Shown: positions 41,550-54,596, counted from the first letter of the stretch. The stretch: 64,000 nt of DNA from Octopus vulgaris (GCA_951406725.2 OX597826.1:12772001-12836000), one strand, 5' to 3'. A program made the numbers and translations. Notes: generated by a model not told the origin, from the sequence alone.

Positions 41550-42500
41550 GAGACATCAACTTCCAAAAAATTACACGATACTTTTCAAACATTCTTCCGA
41601 ATATTTGCAAGTAAAACAAAGAGTAGATAAGAACTAAACAGCACTACGCACTTTAAACTTAGGATTAACATCATTAAAACCGAATGAAAACACTCTACTG
41701 CTTATAGCATCATACACAGAGGCGATGAGATTAATTCCCAACTAAAAACAGATACTGCGTGGAACAATCTTCTCCATGCTCAAATCTTATATTACTCTTA
41801 AAGAACACAAATCAAGTCTCTCCTCCAAATCTTCTAAATTTTCGCCGTAATTAAACTCAATCACTGGGAGGTGTATGAGACAAGAAAAATAAGATTCTAA
41901 TACTTTTTTTCTAAGTGGTATCATGTATTCGAAAACTAGGTGTTATGCAGATCTAATTAACATTGTGAACTTGTATCCTTCTGTCTTTAAATCCCTCTTC
42001 CTGAAATTCTGAAATCCACTGCAGTTATCGATTTTGTTTCCAGAATAATAATGAAGCCTAAGAAATAACTCTCATTACTGGAAGGTTTCTACTGAAACAA
42101 CAAGAAGGTTAATAATTTGTTTCCACACCTTCATTAATTGTTACAATGAAGTTGAGATAGTTGACCGCATGCTATTGTTCGTTTTCGGTATCCTCAGAGG
42201 GCACGCACTTATTTTCCATAACTACTTGATTACAAAGAGATGATAGCTTAAAAGTCCCATGTGATATGAATGAATATGCTATAGATACATTTAGTAAGGA
42301 GTGAATACGATTAACTAAGGAATTTTATTTAAACATAACTATTTGTTCTAACTTGACTATAGGAAGCTTCTTAGACAGAGCATTAAATTTAAACACAAAC
42401 ACGTACTTCAGAAAGTCGTATGAGGACACCGTAGGCATACACACAATATCAACCACCTTCTTGTCATAATTAAGAGATTTGCAGCAGAGGTAAGTAGGAG
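41550..42500 (+). mobile_element. Ancient PLE RT remnant
   Basis: Colinear ITLKEHK, LQRDDSL (LYRDDGL-like), LNITICSNLTIGSFLDRALNLNTNTY, then NH..VIIK. Confidence 0.65.
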
Positions 42501-42774
42501 TGTTTCTGATCAATGCTTCGACAGGGACCCATTTAACAGGTTTATCACAAATATTACGACACACTAGCTAGGAGTGAAAAGGTAGTACATACAGACAATT
42601 CAAACACTCACGCGAGAATAAATAAACTGAGGAAGATAATTTAGTTCTATCAGCCATTCACCTTCATTGCTACCAGCAATGTAAGCAGACGTTTCCTGGG
42701 ACTCGCATGACAGCATTTTCCAATGATACATAATTACAACGAACTTTTCAGCGCATACATTATTTTATTCTTTC

Positions 42775-43753
42775 ATTCTTTTACTTGTTTCAGTCGTTTG
42801 ACTGCGGCCATGCTGTTGCACCGCCTTAAAGGGTTATAGTCGAAGAAATCGACCCCAGGACTTATTCTTCGTAAGCCTAACACTTATTCTGTCGGTCTAT
42901 TTTGCCGAAATTAGCATACCAGCATTGATTGTCATGCGATTGAGGGGGAGACAAACAGACACATACGCACGCGCACGCACACACACGCACACACACACAC
43001 ACACACACTCAAACACACGCTCACACAAATATATATATATATAAGTATATAATTATAAAATATAATTAGAATTAAGGGCTGGATTGCCAGCGCCTGTGCA
43101 TTAAAAGTAGATGTCAAATACCTACAAACCACTCAAGATTAGTTCTCTAGCCTCTGATATAATCATTTTAATGAAGATATCCTCAATTTATAAGTATAAA
43201 TGATTTTTTAGTTCTCTAGTCATTACATTATACTGCGGGACTGTATTTACCCCGTATGATTTCTGACATTAATCACATGGTCGAGAAGGGCTAGTAGATA
43301 GAGTGTATACGCAGGAACTGCATGTATATATTGGTATCTACGAATATGTTTATCGATATGTATATATATTTTTTGTTTATATGTTTATCGGTGTATTTCT
43401 ACTGAGGACTGCAAAGCAATTTCTATTACAGAGCATGAAATTTTAAGATATAGGATTATCCGAAAGTTTTAAATCTCCTTGCCCATTACCTCACACCCGA
43501 CCTAGAGTTATAAATAGAGAACTAATTTAGAGTGGATTGTAGGTATTTGACATCTACTTCTAGCGTATAGGCGCTAGCATTCCGAAACCCTTAATTATAA
43601 TTATTTTTCCAAAATTATGTACTTAAAAATTAATTATACCGATACGGTCACTTTTTATACCATTTATTCTTTTGAATAGTATCAGTGGAATTTTCGAAAC
43701 ATGTGTCGAAAGTAAAAATATTTGATTACACCTGCGTTAACTCCATTTTTCTA

Positions 43754-43792
<39 letters not shown>

Positions 43793-43950
43793 GACGAGCC
43801 TCTTTCGGTTTTCATCTACCAAATCCACTCGCAATGCTTTGGTTTGCCCCGTGGTTATAGTAGAAGACACTTGCCCAAGGAATCATGCAGTGGAACTGAA
43901 CCCGGAACCATGTGGTTGGAAAGCTAGCTTCTTACCACATATGCAGGTGT
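42775..43950 (-). mobile_element. Dominant SINE interrupted by a ~700-bp fold-back/hammerhead element
   Basis: 3' half 42775-42965 and 5' half 43790-43950 flank insert 43049-43756. Confidence 0.85.
43397..43455 (+). ncRNA. Type I hammerhead ribozyme candidate
   Basis: Stem I UUCUA/UAGGA; core CUGAGGA (43402-43408); stem II UGC/GCA; GAAA (43437-43440); near-palindromic stem III AUUUUAAGAU; AUA triplet. Confidence 0.65.
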
Positions 43951-44520
43951 AATGAATGTAAAATAGTCGTATGCATAATATATTTGACAAAATGGTGTAC
44001 AAACGCTCATATCTGAATGGCATTACACTTTCTTGAATCTGAATAAGCAGAACTATTTACTCAAGCATACATATGAACTCACACAATTACATACTCTCAT
44101 CTGTTATCTATATCTCAAATCTTCACACATGCATATTTATCCGAACATCCTATGCATTCGTTCGGGTGATTACGTACAACTCATATAATTGCAAATGCAT
44201 ACATACATATATATATATATACATGCAAATATGCATCAATATTTCACTATTTCATCCGAGTGCAATGAGATGAACGTACATCGCATGGCAACGCACGTAA
44301 CTCATATGCAGATTATTAAAATTCAATGCACACTGTTGCTATTGCATACAAATATGTATATTTATATATATACATATACACATATATATATATATATTAC
44401 ATATATATATATATCATATATGTATATATATATATATATATATAAACACTAACACATAAGCAGGTGCTTGTACGTAACTGTACTTATTTAAAAACATACA
44501 TGCATACATACATACATATA

Positions 44521-44553
<33 letters not shown>

Positions 44554-44794
44554 TTATACATTCACACACACACACACACGTACATGTATGTATTCATACA
44601 TATGTATATGTGTGCGTGCATGTATGCATGTCTACTTACTCGTGATTTTATAAAAATATTTCCAAACACATTCGTATGCATTCAGTCTCTCGCCAAGTTA
44701 TATACAGCTCCGTGCAATTTTAATGTTATATACAAACCCACACTTATAGCGGTGTGTAAAGCATAGTACTTACGTACTCGGATAATGACATTTA

Positions 44795-45669
44795 TACGAA
44801 CGGTACCCAAAACAAACCGGAATTCTGCAGTATTATTGTATTCACTAAATTTTACATGTTTACACTTTTATCGCCTTCAAAGTATTCTTCATTCGAAGCA
44901 ATGCGTCGGTCCAAACACGTTTTCCACTGTTTCGAAACAGTGCTAGAACTCTTGCGAAGTGATGCCTGTTAACGACTCTGTCGGTGTTTTCTTCCCCTCT
45001 TCCACATCTCCAAATTCCGTTGACCCAGCTTTTGTCACCAGTGATGACCTTCGAAAAAGCTCCGGATCAACTTTCAATTGTTCTTTTGCAGTTCACGACA
45101 CACTTTCACACATCTTCCATGAGCGAGCGACACACAAACTTTGCTGCAACCTTTTTCATTCACAATTCCTCACTCAAAATTCGTCGGCAGCAGCTCCAGT
45201 TCGTCAATTGTTCGGTAACGTCCTCCAAGTTCAGCTCATGAATTTTGATGATGTTTTCATTCGCTCGAGAGGTCGACGTTCGCTCTGAACGAGGCTGGTC
45301 CTCAAGTGACAGGTGACCGTTCCTAAAGCGTGAAAACTACCAGTAAACTTGTGTTTTGCTCATGGCAGCAGTCTTGTAAGCTATTTGAAGCATGATAACT
45401 GTTTCGGTCGCCGTTTTTCCCAGCATAAGCCAGAATTTCACGGAATCCCGTTGTTCCTTCGTTTCAGCCGTCGCAAAAGTCGACGAGCATGGTTACAATA
45501 CTACAAAGCAAAAATGCACCACGTGACAGTATGACCCCAACTGAACAACGCCGGTCAGCAGACTGATGCCTGAGGGTCGCATCAAATGGGTTCTAACGCC
45601 GGAAGCTTGAAATACAACGGGCTTGTCTCACAGAGAACGTTTCCGGTTACTTTTGGGTACCCCTCATTT
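44795..45669 (-). mobile_element. Internally deleted mariner with both TIRs
   Basis: TIRs ..GGTACCCAAAACAAACCGGAA / TTCCGGTTACTTTTGGGTACC..; EQRDSVKF..GKTATET..LEDQPRS; ITGDKSW; C-terminal IASNEEYFEGDK; middle of catalytic domain missing. Confidence 0.9.
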
Positions 45670-45715
45670 ATATCCTTTTACAGTTGCTTACACACAAACA
45701 CTCTGCATATACATA

Positions 45716-46127
45716 CTCTTTTACTCTTTTACTTGTTTCAGTCATTTGACTGTGACCATGCTGGAGCACTGCCTTTTGTCGACCAAATCGACCCCAAGAC
45801 TTATTCATTTTAAGTCTAGTACTTATTCTATCGGGCTCCTTTTACCGAACCGCTAAGTTACGGGGACGTAAACACATCAGCATCGGTTGTCAAGCGATGT
45901 TGGGGGGACAAACACAGACACGCAAACATATACACACAGATAAATATATATATACATATATACGACGGGCTTCTTTCAGTTTCCGTCTACCAAATCCACT
46001 CACAAGGCTTTGGTCGGCCCGAGGCTATAGTAGAAGGCACTTGTCCAAGGTGCCACGGAGTGGGACTGAACCCAGAACCATGTGGCTCGTAAGCAAGCAA
46101 CTTACCACACAGCCACTCCTACGCCTA
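45716..46127 (-). mobile_element. Dominant SINE, near full length
   Basis: Reverse complement of the 16368 family. Confidence 0.94.
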
Positions 46128-47507
46128 TACATGCAAACATTTTATATACATCGTCACACACCTTCGTTTTAAATACACAATTGCATATAACTGCAAGCGT
46201 GCGCATTAGAAAATATGTAGTCATTTCTTTACAAATCATTCAAACATAGTCATATATGCATATATGCATACAAACATATATGGTTACGTATATACATGCA
46301 TATATGCATTCATATATACATATATACATAGTTGCATATATATACATTTGTGCATGCTTGTTTACATACACACATCTCAACAATACAGCCATGTTCAGAC
46401 TGTCGGTGAAACGTTTAATATCGACAGATGCCACTTTACACTTTCAAAGTTTTGTATTACACAATTTGTCAATATTCAATAGAATATCGATTTTGTGGCT
46501 CAGCATTGATATAGGTAAGCTCCCAGCTGAATAATCTTTGTGTACAGTATCCACTGCTAGTTGTAGTCATTTCACTTCATTATTTTATCTTATTATCTAT
46601 GAATGAACTACCGGAGTAGAGTAAAATGTATTATAAACACTGATTTAAAACGGAAAAGGGAAACAGGGACATGTTTCTCCTTCGTGTTTCAAAATATTAC
46701 GTTATGTGTTTCTATTGTTTATGAGAAAAACAAGACTGGCTCACAAACTCATTTTTTCCTTCCTTATTTCTATAGGTGGTATGGAAAGCATCTATCAACA
46801 TTTTGGCAATAATGGTACAGTATTTCAAAAAAAGAGAAGAAATCAGGTATTCGGAACACGAGGTAGTGTTTTCAGAGGTACTTTCGTAATACATATTTAC
46901 TTGGGTAAGGTACGAAAGTCACGCAATCTTATTTTCATCCATTACATCTAAGCTATTATGCCTCGTCAAGAGAAAATAATTTATTAATCTCGTCGGTAGA
47001 TGCCAGAAAACAAAATGTTAACTTCTTATTCAAGTATTTCCATTATCTACCGTACGCAGCTGAAGTTCGTGAAACATAAATTACTTTCATAGAATATAAA
47101 TTTTCGTCCTTTTATAAACATTAAGAGATCATTTTTAACAAAGCAAAATTAATAGCATATATATTTAGTGGTCCAGAAATACTTCCAATATGCCTTCCAA
47201 GAATATTTACTTATATCCCGAGATATTTTTGGATACACTCTTGCAATGTTCATAGAATAAGGACTGTTAGTTTTTGTGTTGCTCCTATTCATAATATGCC
47301 TCATGTAAAAATGCATGATCTTATGCTAATGCAAGAAATCGATGTTTGCTTTTTCTTGGGAATTCTCTTTTACGAAACAGTCTTCCGGAGTATGGAGGAT
47401 GCTATCAAATTTCGGTTTCTGTAACTATTTCTCATTTGTTACGTCGCTAATATTGACTACTAGAACTAGTACAAAGTCATATTAAAAAGGTATAATCAAT
47501 TGAACCA

Positions 47508-47737
47508 ACGAGCTGGCAGAAACGTTAGCACGCCGGGCGAAATGCTGAGTGGTATTTCGTCTACCAATATGTTCTGAGTTCAAATTCTGCCGAGGTCGAC
47601 TTTGCCTTTCATCCTTTCGGGGTCGATTAAATAAGTACCAGTTGCGCACTGCGGTCGATACAATCGACTTAATCCGTTTTTCTGTCCTTATTTGTCCTCT
47701 CTGTGTTTAGCCCCTTGAGGGTAGTAAAGAAATGGGT
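47508..47737 (+). mobile_element. MetaSINE-like SINE
   Basis: Homologous to 35584-35818. Confidence 0.9.
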
Positions 47738-48248
47738 ATTTGACTGGTGCTTTACTTTATCGACCCAGAAGGAGGAAAAGTTAATTTGCTATTGATGAGA
47801 TTTGATTTCAAAATGTGAACAATTGTAACTCTACACTGCAGATCATTTTGTCCCCTGCACTTCTGCTTCAGCCCAAACCACCGTTACTTGCTAATACTGG
47901 AAGCAAATTAGTTCTATATATTGATTCCGCGGAAACAGCAGTGCAGGTTTTATTCCTTAGTTCTTCAGAAGAGACCAAATTAGGTGAAACCTGAGATAAA
48001 TTCTTTAATGCAATGGTGTCATTGAGTTGATCATTCCCTCCCAGATTTTGTTAAAAACGGGCACCAGTAAGATACCGTAGTCGATACAATTGACAAAACT
48101 ACGCCCTAACAAAGTATACCTCTGATACTATTCCAAAGATGTAGACTTAAGAAGCTAATTGGCAACTGTTATAAGTTTCGATTGAACTCATTCTGGGAAT
48201 TAATTCTTTCTTTACTTGACTTTCTACAAAATCCTATATGTCAGTAAC

Positions 48249-48359
48249 CTTCTTCTTCTTCTTCTTCTTCTTCTTCTTCTTCTTCTTCTTCTTCTTCTTC
48301 TTCTTCTTCTTCTTCTTCTTCTTCTTCTTCTCCTATTATTATTATTATTATTATTATTA
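48249..48359. repeat. (TTC)n + (TAT)n tract at LINE 3' end
   Basis: Direct tandem units. Confidence 0.95.
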
Positions 48360-49088
48360 GTTTATGTTTGACTTTTGCTTTGCATTTGTACAAGTTGGCT
48401 CCAAGTCTTCCTCCAGAGACCTCAGAGAGACAACAAGTTAGAAGTTCATGCTGGTATTATGACTAGGGTGCCACATGGATTTGGTTTTGCACAAATGTTC
48501 GAGAGAATGTTTCAGAAAACATAAGAAAATTATGTGTTAGTTTTAAAATTTGAGAAAGTATTTTACGAAGGATATGGGCAGTTCCCATGTGCACTATCTT
48601 TTGAATTTCTGCCGTTCTGGGGTTTCCTGGTATCTGAGCTTGGTAGCAAGCAGCCCCTTTTTCCATCATTCCCAGGGCACCTATGACAACAGGTATTGTT
48701 TTAGTCTTCAGCTTCCACATTTTGCTGATTTCTATTTCAAGATCTTTATACTTGCTCAGTTTTTGGTAGATCTTGACTGATTCGATTATATCGATTGGGA
48801 CAGTCATATCAATGAGGAGGCATGATTTTTGTCTGAAGTCTTTCAATACGATGTCTGGCCTATTTGCATATATCTTTCTGTCAGTTTTAATGGTGAAGTT
48901 CCAGTGGAGTGAGATGTGATCATTTTCAAACACTGGTTTTTATCATGGGGCAAGTCCAGGTTTTTGCAGATTACCCTGTGAATATATTGTACAGCTCTAT
49001 CATGCCTGTTGAGATACTCTGTAGGCGCAAGAAAACTGCACATGAAGACAACATGATCAATGGTCTCATTTTGCTATTGACATACACG

Positions 49089-49119
<31 letters not shown>

Positions 49120-49186
49120 CTTCGTCTTCTTCTTCTTCGTCTTCTTCTTCTTCTTTTTCTTCTTCTTCTTCCTCCTCTTCTTCTTC

Positions 49187-49222
<36 letters not shown>

Positions 49223-50220
49223 CAGCATTATTATTTTATGTTTGACTTTTGCTTTGCATGTTTCTCGCACGTCTAATTCCGGAATTTGATGGATTTGGAA
49301 TTCACTTAGATATTCCTTTGCCTGTTTTGTTACTGAGTATGATGCTTTCTTGTTTTCATCTTTTGAGACAAGTTTTAACATCCAGTCCTCAGAGTTTTTC
49401 AGGTAGGTGTCTTGGCTAGTTGTGACAATCTTCATTGTTAATGCCAGTTGTAAAAGTCCACAGCCTGACTCTTTTCTTGGCAGAGAAAGTCGTTCTATAT
49501 CTGCCTTAGGGTGGTTCATTCTATGCATTGTCAACAGTTTTCGTATTTTTCTGTAAAGATTACATATTTCAGTAATTGACCAATTAGCGATATTGAAACT
49601 GTAAGTCACGACTGGTATGGCTAAAGCATTGATTGCTTCGATCCTGTTTCTTGCATTCAGACCTGTCTTCAGTATTGCTCTCATCCTGTGATAACATTCT
49701 CTTCTGATCCTTTCCCTCATCACTGCATGTTTGATTCCGTTCCCTTCAATTACCCCTAGGTATTTGTAGCTACCGCTGGTTCTAACTCTTTTATGACATT
49801 ATGCTGGTCAATGTTAACGTTAGATGTTTCTGCCAATTTTCCTTTGAGAAAGGTAGCTTTTGCACATTTATCGAGGCCAAATTGCATTCTGATGTCATCA
49901 CTGAATTGTTTAACAATTGCTAGTAAGCCCTTGAGTTGTTGGTCATTTTTGCAAAAAGCTTTAAATCATCCATGTAAATGAGATGATTTATATTTTTATC
50001 AAACATTTTATAACTGTATAGTACACCATCGAGCAATTTGGAGAGAGTATTAAGGCTAGACGAAAAAAGAGTGGTGACAAACCGTCCCCTTGGAAAATGC
50101 CACATGAAATTCTTACATCTCCAGCGTTAAGAGATTCATTGTTATTGTTCAATGCCAGTGAGGTTCTCCATGATCTCAGACTTACAGACAAAAAGTTTCA
50201 CAGAGCAAGTGCTATTTTAT
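48360..50220 (-). mobile_element. R4/Dong-type RLE non-LTR retrotransposon, 5'-truncated, in (TAA)n
   Basis: GIFQGDGLSP, HLIYMDDLKL, YKYLG, ETIDHV zinc-knuckle region, RHD, RPDIV..LIDMTVP..KLSKYKDL; TAA repeats at both ends. Confidence 0.93.
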
Positions 50221-50261
50221 GTTGTTATTATTATTATTATTATTATTATTGTTGTTATTAG

Positions 50262-50535
50262 TTCATTTAATTGCTACTAAGGCCGACATACAGGGGACGA
50301 TACAGTAGACATGGACAGTGGAGATTTTACACAGAAGCAACGAGTACACAATTAAAACAATAACAATGATATCCAACAAAAGAATCCTGGTTTTGTTACC
50401 ACGCTGCGTCTCCGCTACAGGGGCCCATCGAACAGCTTTGATCCCATCGTCTCTTAGAGCACGCGTCTTAGCTCTGACAATGCAACCTTCATGTTTCGCG
50501 TTGAAGAACTGGTATAATTGCAATTCTCGCCGCTA
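50262..50535 (-). mobile_element. Tx1/L1-like LINE fragment fused to a 3' end
   Basis: HEGCIVRAKTRALRDDGIKA..ETQRGNKTRI resembles the ORF2 inter-domain GxxxRxR motif; tail TGTCC..GTCCCCTGTATGT..CAATTAAA. Confidence 0.55.
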
Positions 50536-50539
50536 GCAC

Positions 50540-50778
50540 GGTGGAATTTGAACTCAGAGGTCGACTTTGCCTTTCATAATAATAATAATAATCCTTTCTA
50601 CTGGAAGCACAAAGCCTCAAATTTGGGAGAAGAGATTAAGGCGATTGCATTGACCTCTGTGCGTAATTGGTACTTTTTAAATCGACCCCGAAAGGATGAA
50701 TGCCAAAGTCGACCTCGGCGGAATTTGATATCAGAGGTTGACTTTGCCTTTCATAATAGCAATAATAATAGTAATAAT
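50540..50778 (-). mobile_element. MetaSINE-like copy with (ATT)n tail and duplicated fold-back junction
   Basis: 50590-50730 is the reverse complement of the Meta domain; GGAATTTGA..CAGAGGT.GACTTTGCCTTTCAT occurs twice. Confidence 0.75.
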
Positions 50779-51557
50779 GGTTTTTAACTTTGATATAAAA
50801 AAATCACAGATATTATGTGAGGTAATAATTAAATCAATGTCAGTATATAATTTATAATTAGTATATATCTTATAATTAGTATATATCTAAAATGTCTGCG
50901 ATAGGATACGAGCTCAAACCTGAAGGAATCAAAACAGAATAATACGAATCGTTTAGTCTAGCGCCTATGTCTCATGATCATCCTACTATTAATAACATCC
51001 TCATTCTTCTCTTTGTTTCTTAATTACATCTCAGTTTAAATACATTTAGAATTTATTTATAGCATGTTTGAAAACTAGAAAGAATTCGTATAAATTCTTT
51101 ACCTGCCCCATTTCACAAAATATTACATATTTCAACAGAGCTATGTTTTCATGTGGAAAATCGAATTGTTTGTGTGAAATGGTGAAATGAAAAGATGTAT
51201 TTTCAGACTTCTTTCAACTGGTTTTAAAACGAATTCTAATTCATGCCAGACTTTCTTAAGAAACCTATGAATTTATAATACATCATTTCATTTATTGTTA
51301 GTATCCGATAATAGCATTATTTTCTTACATATAATATGCAAAAGAAGTCTTTGATAGCAGCATGGTGCCAAAATAAATGGAGAAGGTAGTGGATTTTCAA
51401 TTCATAATACGTAATTCTATGCAAGTTATAAGTAATTCGTTGAGACTTTGGACAAGATTTTACACAGGAATGGTAGTGTGAATATATTTATTGCGAAATA
51501 CATACACGCGAGCTACAGTTCATACTGCTAGTGTTAACTAAATACCCAACTGAGAAC

Positions 51558-52025
51558 AAATGATTTGTGAAAAACTTAACTAAAAAGACAAACTACCTCT
51601 GTATCTAAGTGGATGTGGAATTGCAGTGAGGTTCAATTTAAGGCCCTCAAAACCCTTGGGGTAAGACCTTACTCAGGAACAATAGCATGAATATATTTCC
51701 TGTGAAATACATTCATGCTAACTGCGCTTCATTCGATTTCAGTTAGATAAATACACCATTAAAACATAAGATTCGTGGGTAACTTTACTAAAATGACAAG
51801 TCACCTCAGTAGCTAAGTGGATATAGAATTGCATAGAAGTGCATTTTAAGACCCCAAAACCCTTGAAAGAGGTCACTTGTAAGACAAAATCGCCTCAGAG
51901 TTTGGGCAGGACTTTACGCAGGAATGATAGCATGCTACCTGCGCTTTATTCTACTTCAGTTAGATAAAAAAATAGCTTTGAAAACATAAGATTCATGAAA
52001 ACTTTACTAAAAACTAACATACTCC
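51558..52025. repeat. Diverged ~210-bp tandem repeat (about 2.2 units)
   Basis: CTAAGTGGAT..GAATTGCA..AAAACCCTTG..TTCAGTTAGATAAA..AAAACATAAGATTC..AACTTTACTAAAA repeated. Confidence 0.8.
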
Positions 52026-52804
52026 AGTGGTAGGACTTACCTTGCATGCAATATATCAGGGTTATGACCCCATCGTCAGCAAATTAACTTGACTCGATCA
52101 CATTTTATACCTACGTTCTATTTTTACCGACTGCAAGGTTTACAAAAGCAAAACCCATCCGCATACCATTTGAACAGTGAACAAAAAGGAATAAACTATA
52201 TACGGCAGGGCAAATAATGGTATCTCTGAGTGGACAGCTAATACAAGGGAGATAATTATTTGTTCTCAATATTCGGCGGGATTAGAAGTTTGAACTTAAA
52301 ATTAAGGAATTAAGGAAAAGATGCTTAAAAAATATGCACATTTTAAAGATATTTTTCTTGCTTAATTATTACAAATTTATCAAAATTTTCTTGTAAGTGG
52401 AAATGAGATATAACCCTATTTTATTCTTTTTAATCTGAGGTATATCAATTAAACATTTTATGAAGCGAGACATTTCTCACAGAGCATAATTACAGTCTCA
52501 TGTTAATTAGTTCAAGCTCTCTACTAAAGTCTGGCATTCCACCAGCTTAAGGCCCGATTTAATTGACCAATGTTTCATAAGCTTGCCAAAATCTAGAGAT
52601 GGATGGGTCAGAGCAATGCAACTTTACTACCGCTCACTTCATGCAGACGTCATTTGTCATGCCTTGAAGATGCAATATCTAATAGCAGTCACTATTTGCA
52701 TATGTTTAGAATAAGCATATTTGGCAACCAAATCTATGATTCTAACGCGTGTAAATAAAAGAAACATGTAATATAGGGTTAATATCTTGACCTTAGTAGG
52801 TTGG

Positions 52805-53152
52805 GGTAAATGCGCATGGCTCAGTGGTTAGAGCGTCGAGCTTACGATCGTGAGATTGTGAGTTCGAATCCCGGACCGGGCTGCGTGTTGTGTTCTTGAG
52901 CAAGACACTTTATTTCAAGTGGCTCCTGTTCACTCAGCTGTAGAAATGAGTTGCGACGTCATTTATGCCAGCTTTATCGGCCCCTTTGCTTTTCCCTTGG
53001 ATAACACTGGTGGCTTGGAGAGGGGAGGCCGGTATTCATGGGCGACTGCTGGTCTTCCATAAAAAAAAACAACCTTGCCCGGACTTGTGGCTGAGAAGGT
53101 AACTATCTAGGTGCGATCCCATCGTCTGTGTCGTGACCGAAGGGGTTCTCAG
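52805..53152 (+). mobile_element. tRNA-derived SINE (head type 2-like, tail type C) with 10-bp TSD
   Basis: TGGCTCAGTGG, GAGTTCGAATCCC; TSD AGTAGGTTGG at 52795-52804 and 53153-53162. Confidence 0.92.
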
Positions 53153-53662
53153 AGTAGGTTGGTAATAATATTCGACCGGGAATATTCTTTACTGACATTT
53201 ATACAGACAATTTTCTACCGATTATTGCCTGCAAAATGAAAAAAAAAAGAAAGAAACACAACTAGAAGCTGTCAGGGTCAGATTCTCCAAATTGTGTGTG
53301 TATGCGTGTGATAGCACTCAATGAATGTGACTATGTAAGCCGTAAATCAACGGATTAAAGACTTACTGTATTTAATTACATTCTTCACTATGGTGATTCA
53401 AATTCTGCCATTGTTAACTCTTCAACCCTCTAGAGTTCATACGATAAGTACTGCTAGTGACAAGTTAACATAGATGGAATATAGCGCTTCTCCTAAAGAG
53501 CTTGACTTGTAAGTTAAAGATAAATTTATCTCATCGTTTTGAAATACATTTATACCATTAATCTCAAAAGTAAATAAAGTTACAGTATTATACTCGAATT
53601 AATTAACTCGCTTATATTCGTACTTCTCTCTTCCTCTCTTCCTCTCTCTCCTGTTGCACTCT

Positions 53663-54112
53663 TTTATTATTTAACTTGTTTCAATCGTTTGAGTGTTGTC
53701 ATACTGGAGCACCACCTCGAAGGGTTTTAGTCGAACAAATCCACCCTAGGACTTTTTTAAAGCCTGGTACTTATTCTATCGGTCTCTCTTTTGCCGAACT
53801 GCCAAGTTACAAGAACGTAAACACACCAACATCGGTTGTCAAGTAGTGATAGGGGGACAAATAGACACAAAGACACACACCCACACATATACAAGACAAG
53901 CTACTTTCAATTTCCGTCTACCAAATCCACTCACAAGACTTTGGTCGGCCCAAGGCTATATTAGAAGGCTATCTGTGTTAATCCTTATGGATAATAAAGA
54001 AATTTCCGAGGCTATATTAGAAGACACTAGCCTAACGTGCCATGCAGTGGGACTGAACCCAGAACCATGTGGTTGGGAAGCAAGCTTCTTAGCACACAGT
54101 CACGCCTGTGCC
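53663..54112 (-). mobile_element. Dominant SINE carrying a 41-bp insert
   Basis: Family homology; AGGCTATATTAGAAG duplicated at 53953-53967 and 54009-54023. Confidence 0.88.
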
Positions 54113-54124
54113 TGTATGTATACT

Positions 54125-54208
<84 letters not shown>

Positions 54209-54409
54209 TGTATGTATTTAAGTATGTGTGCATGTATGTATATAGCATTTTTTGTGAAATTACTATTAATTGCTAATATTATTAATGTGCAATATTTACG
54301 GGAGAAACCCTAAGTACGTTATAGTATTTTGCTTCCCTTTATTTTCTCCGTTGAAATTCCCTCCGGCCTTAATTCATCTACAATTGATAAAATAATACCT
54401 GTCTTCTAG

Positions 54410-54560
54410 CACAGGTGAGACAAAGAAGCTCACTTTGTAACCATGTGATTTCACTTGCGAAGCGCTTCAAGAAGCCTTCTTCTATAGCACGAGCTGATCA
54501 ATGCCTTTTGAGCGAACTTGGTAGACGTAAGGCGGCTCGTCGCAAATATGTGCGTGTGTT

Positions 54561-54596
<36 letters not shown>

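Noticed and set aside
41313-42564. Minus-strand ORFs that look like exons
   Set aside because: Better explained as antisense of a plus-strand PLE RT remnant
45897-46172. Recurrent peptide [22 protein letters not shown] suggesting a gene family
   Set aside because: Antisense translation of the dominant SINE
48971-49723. 250-aa ORF with poly-I and poly-E tracts
   Set aside because: LINE fragment reading through inserted (TAA)n/(GAA)n; not a host protein
52811-52885. tRNA-like sequences (also 9057, 16945, 59450)
   Set aside because: They continue into SINE bodies, several with TSDs, and lack a proper acceptor stem
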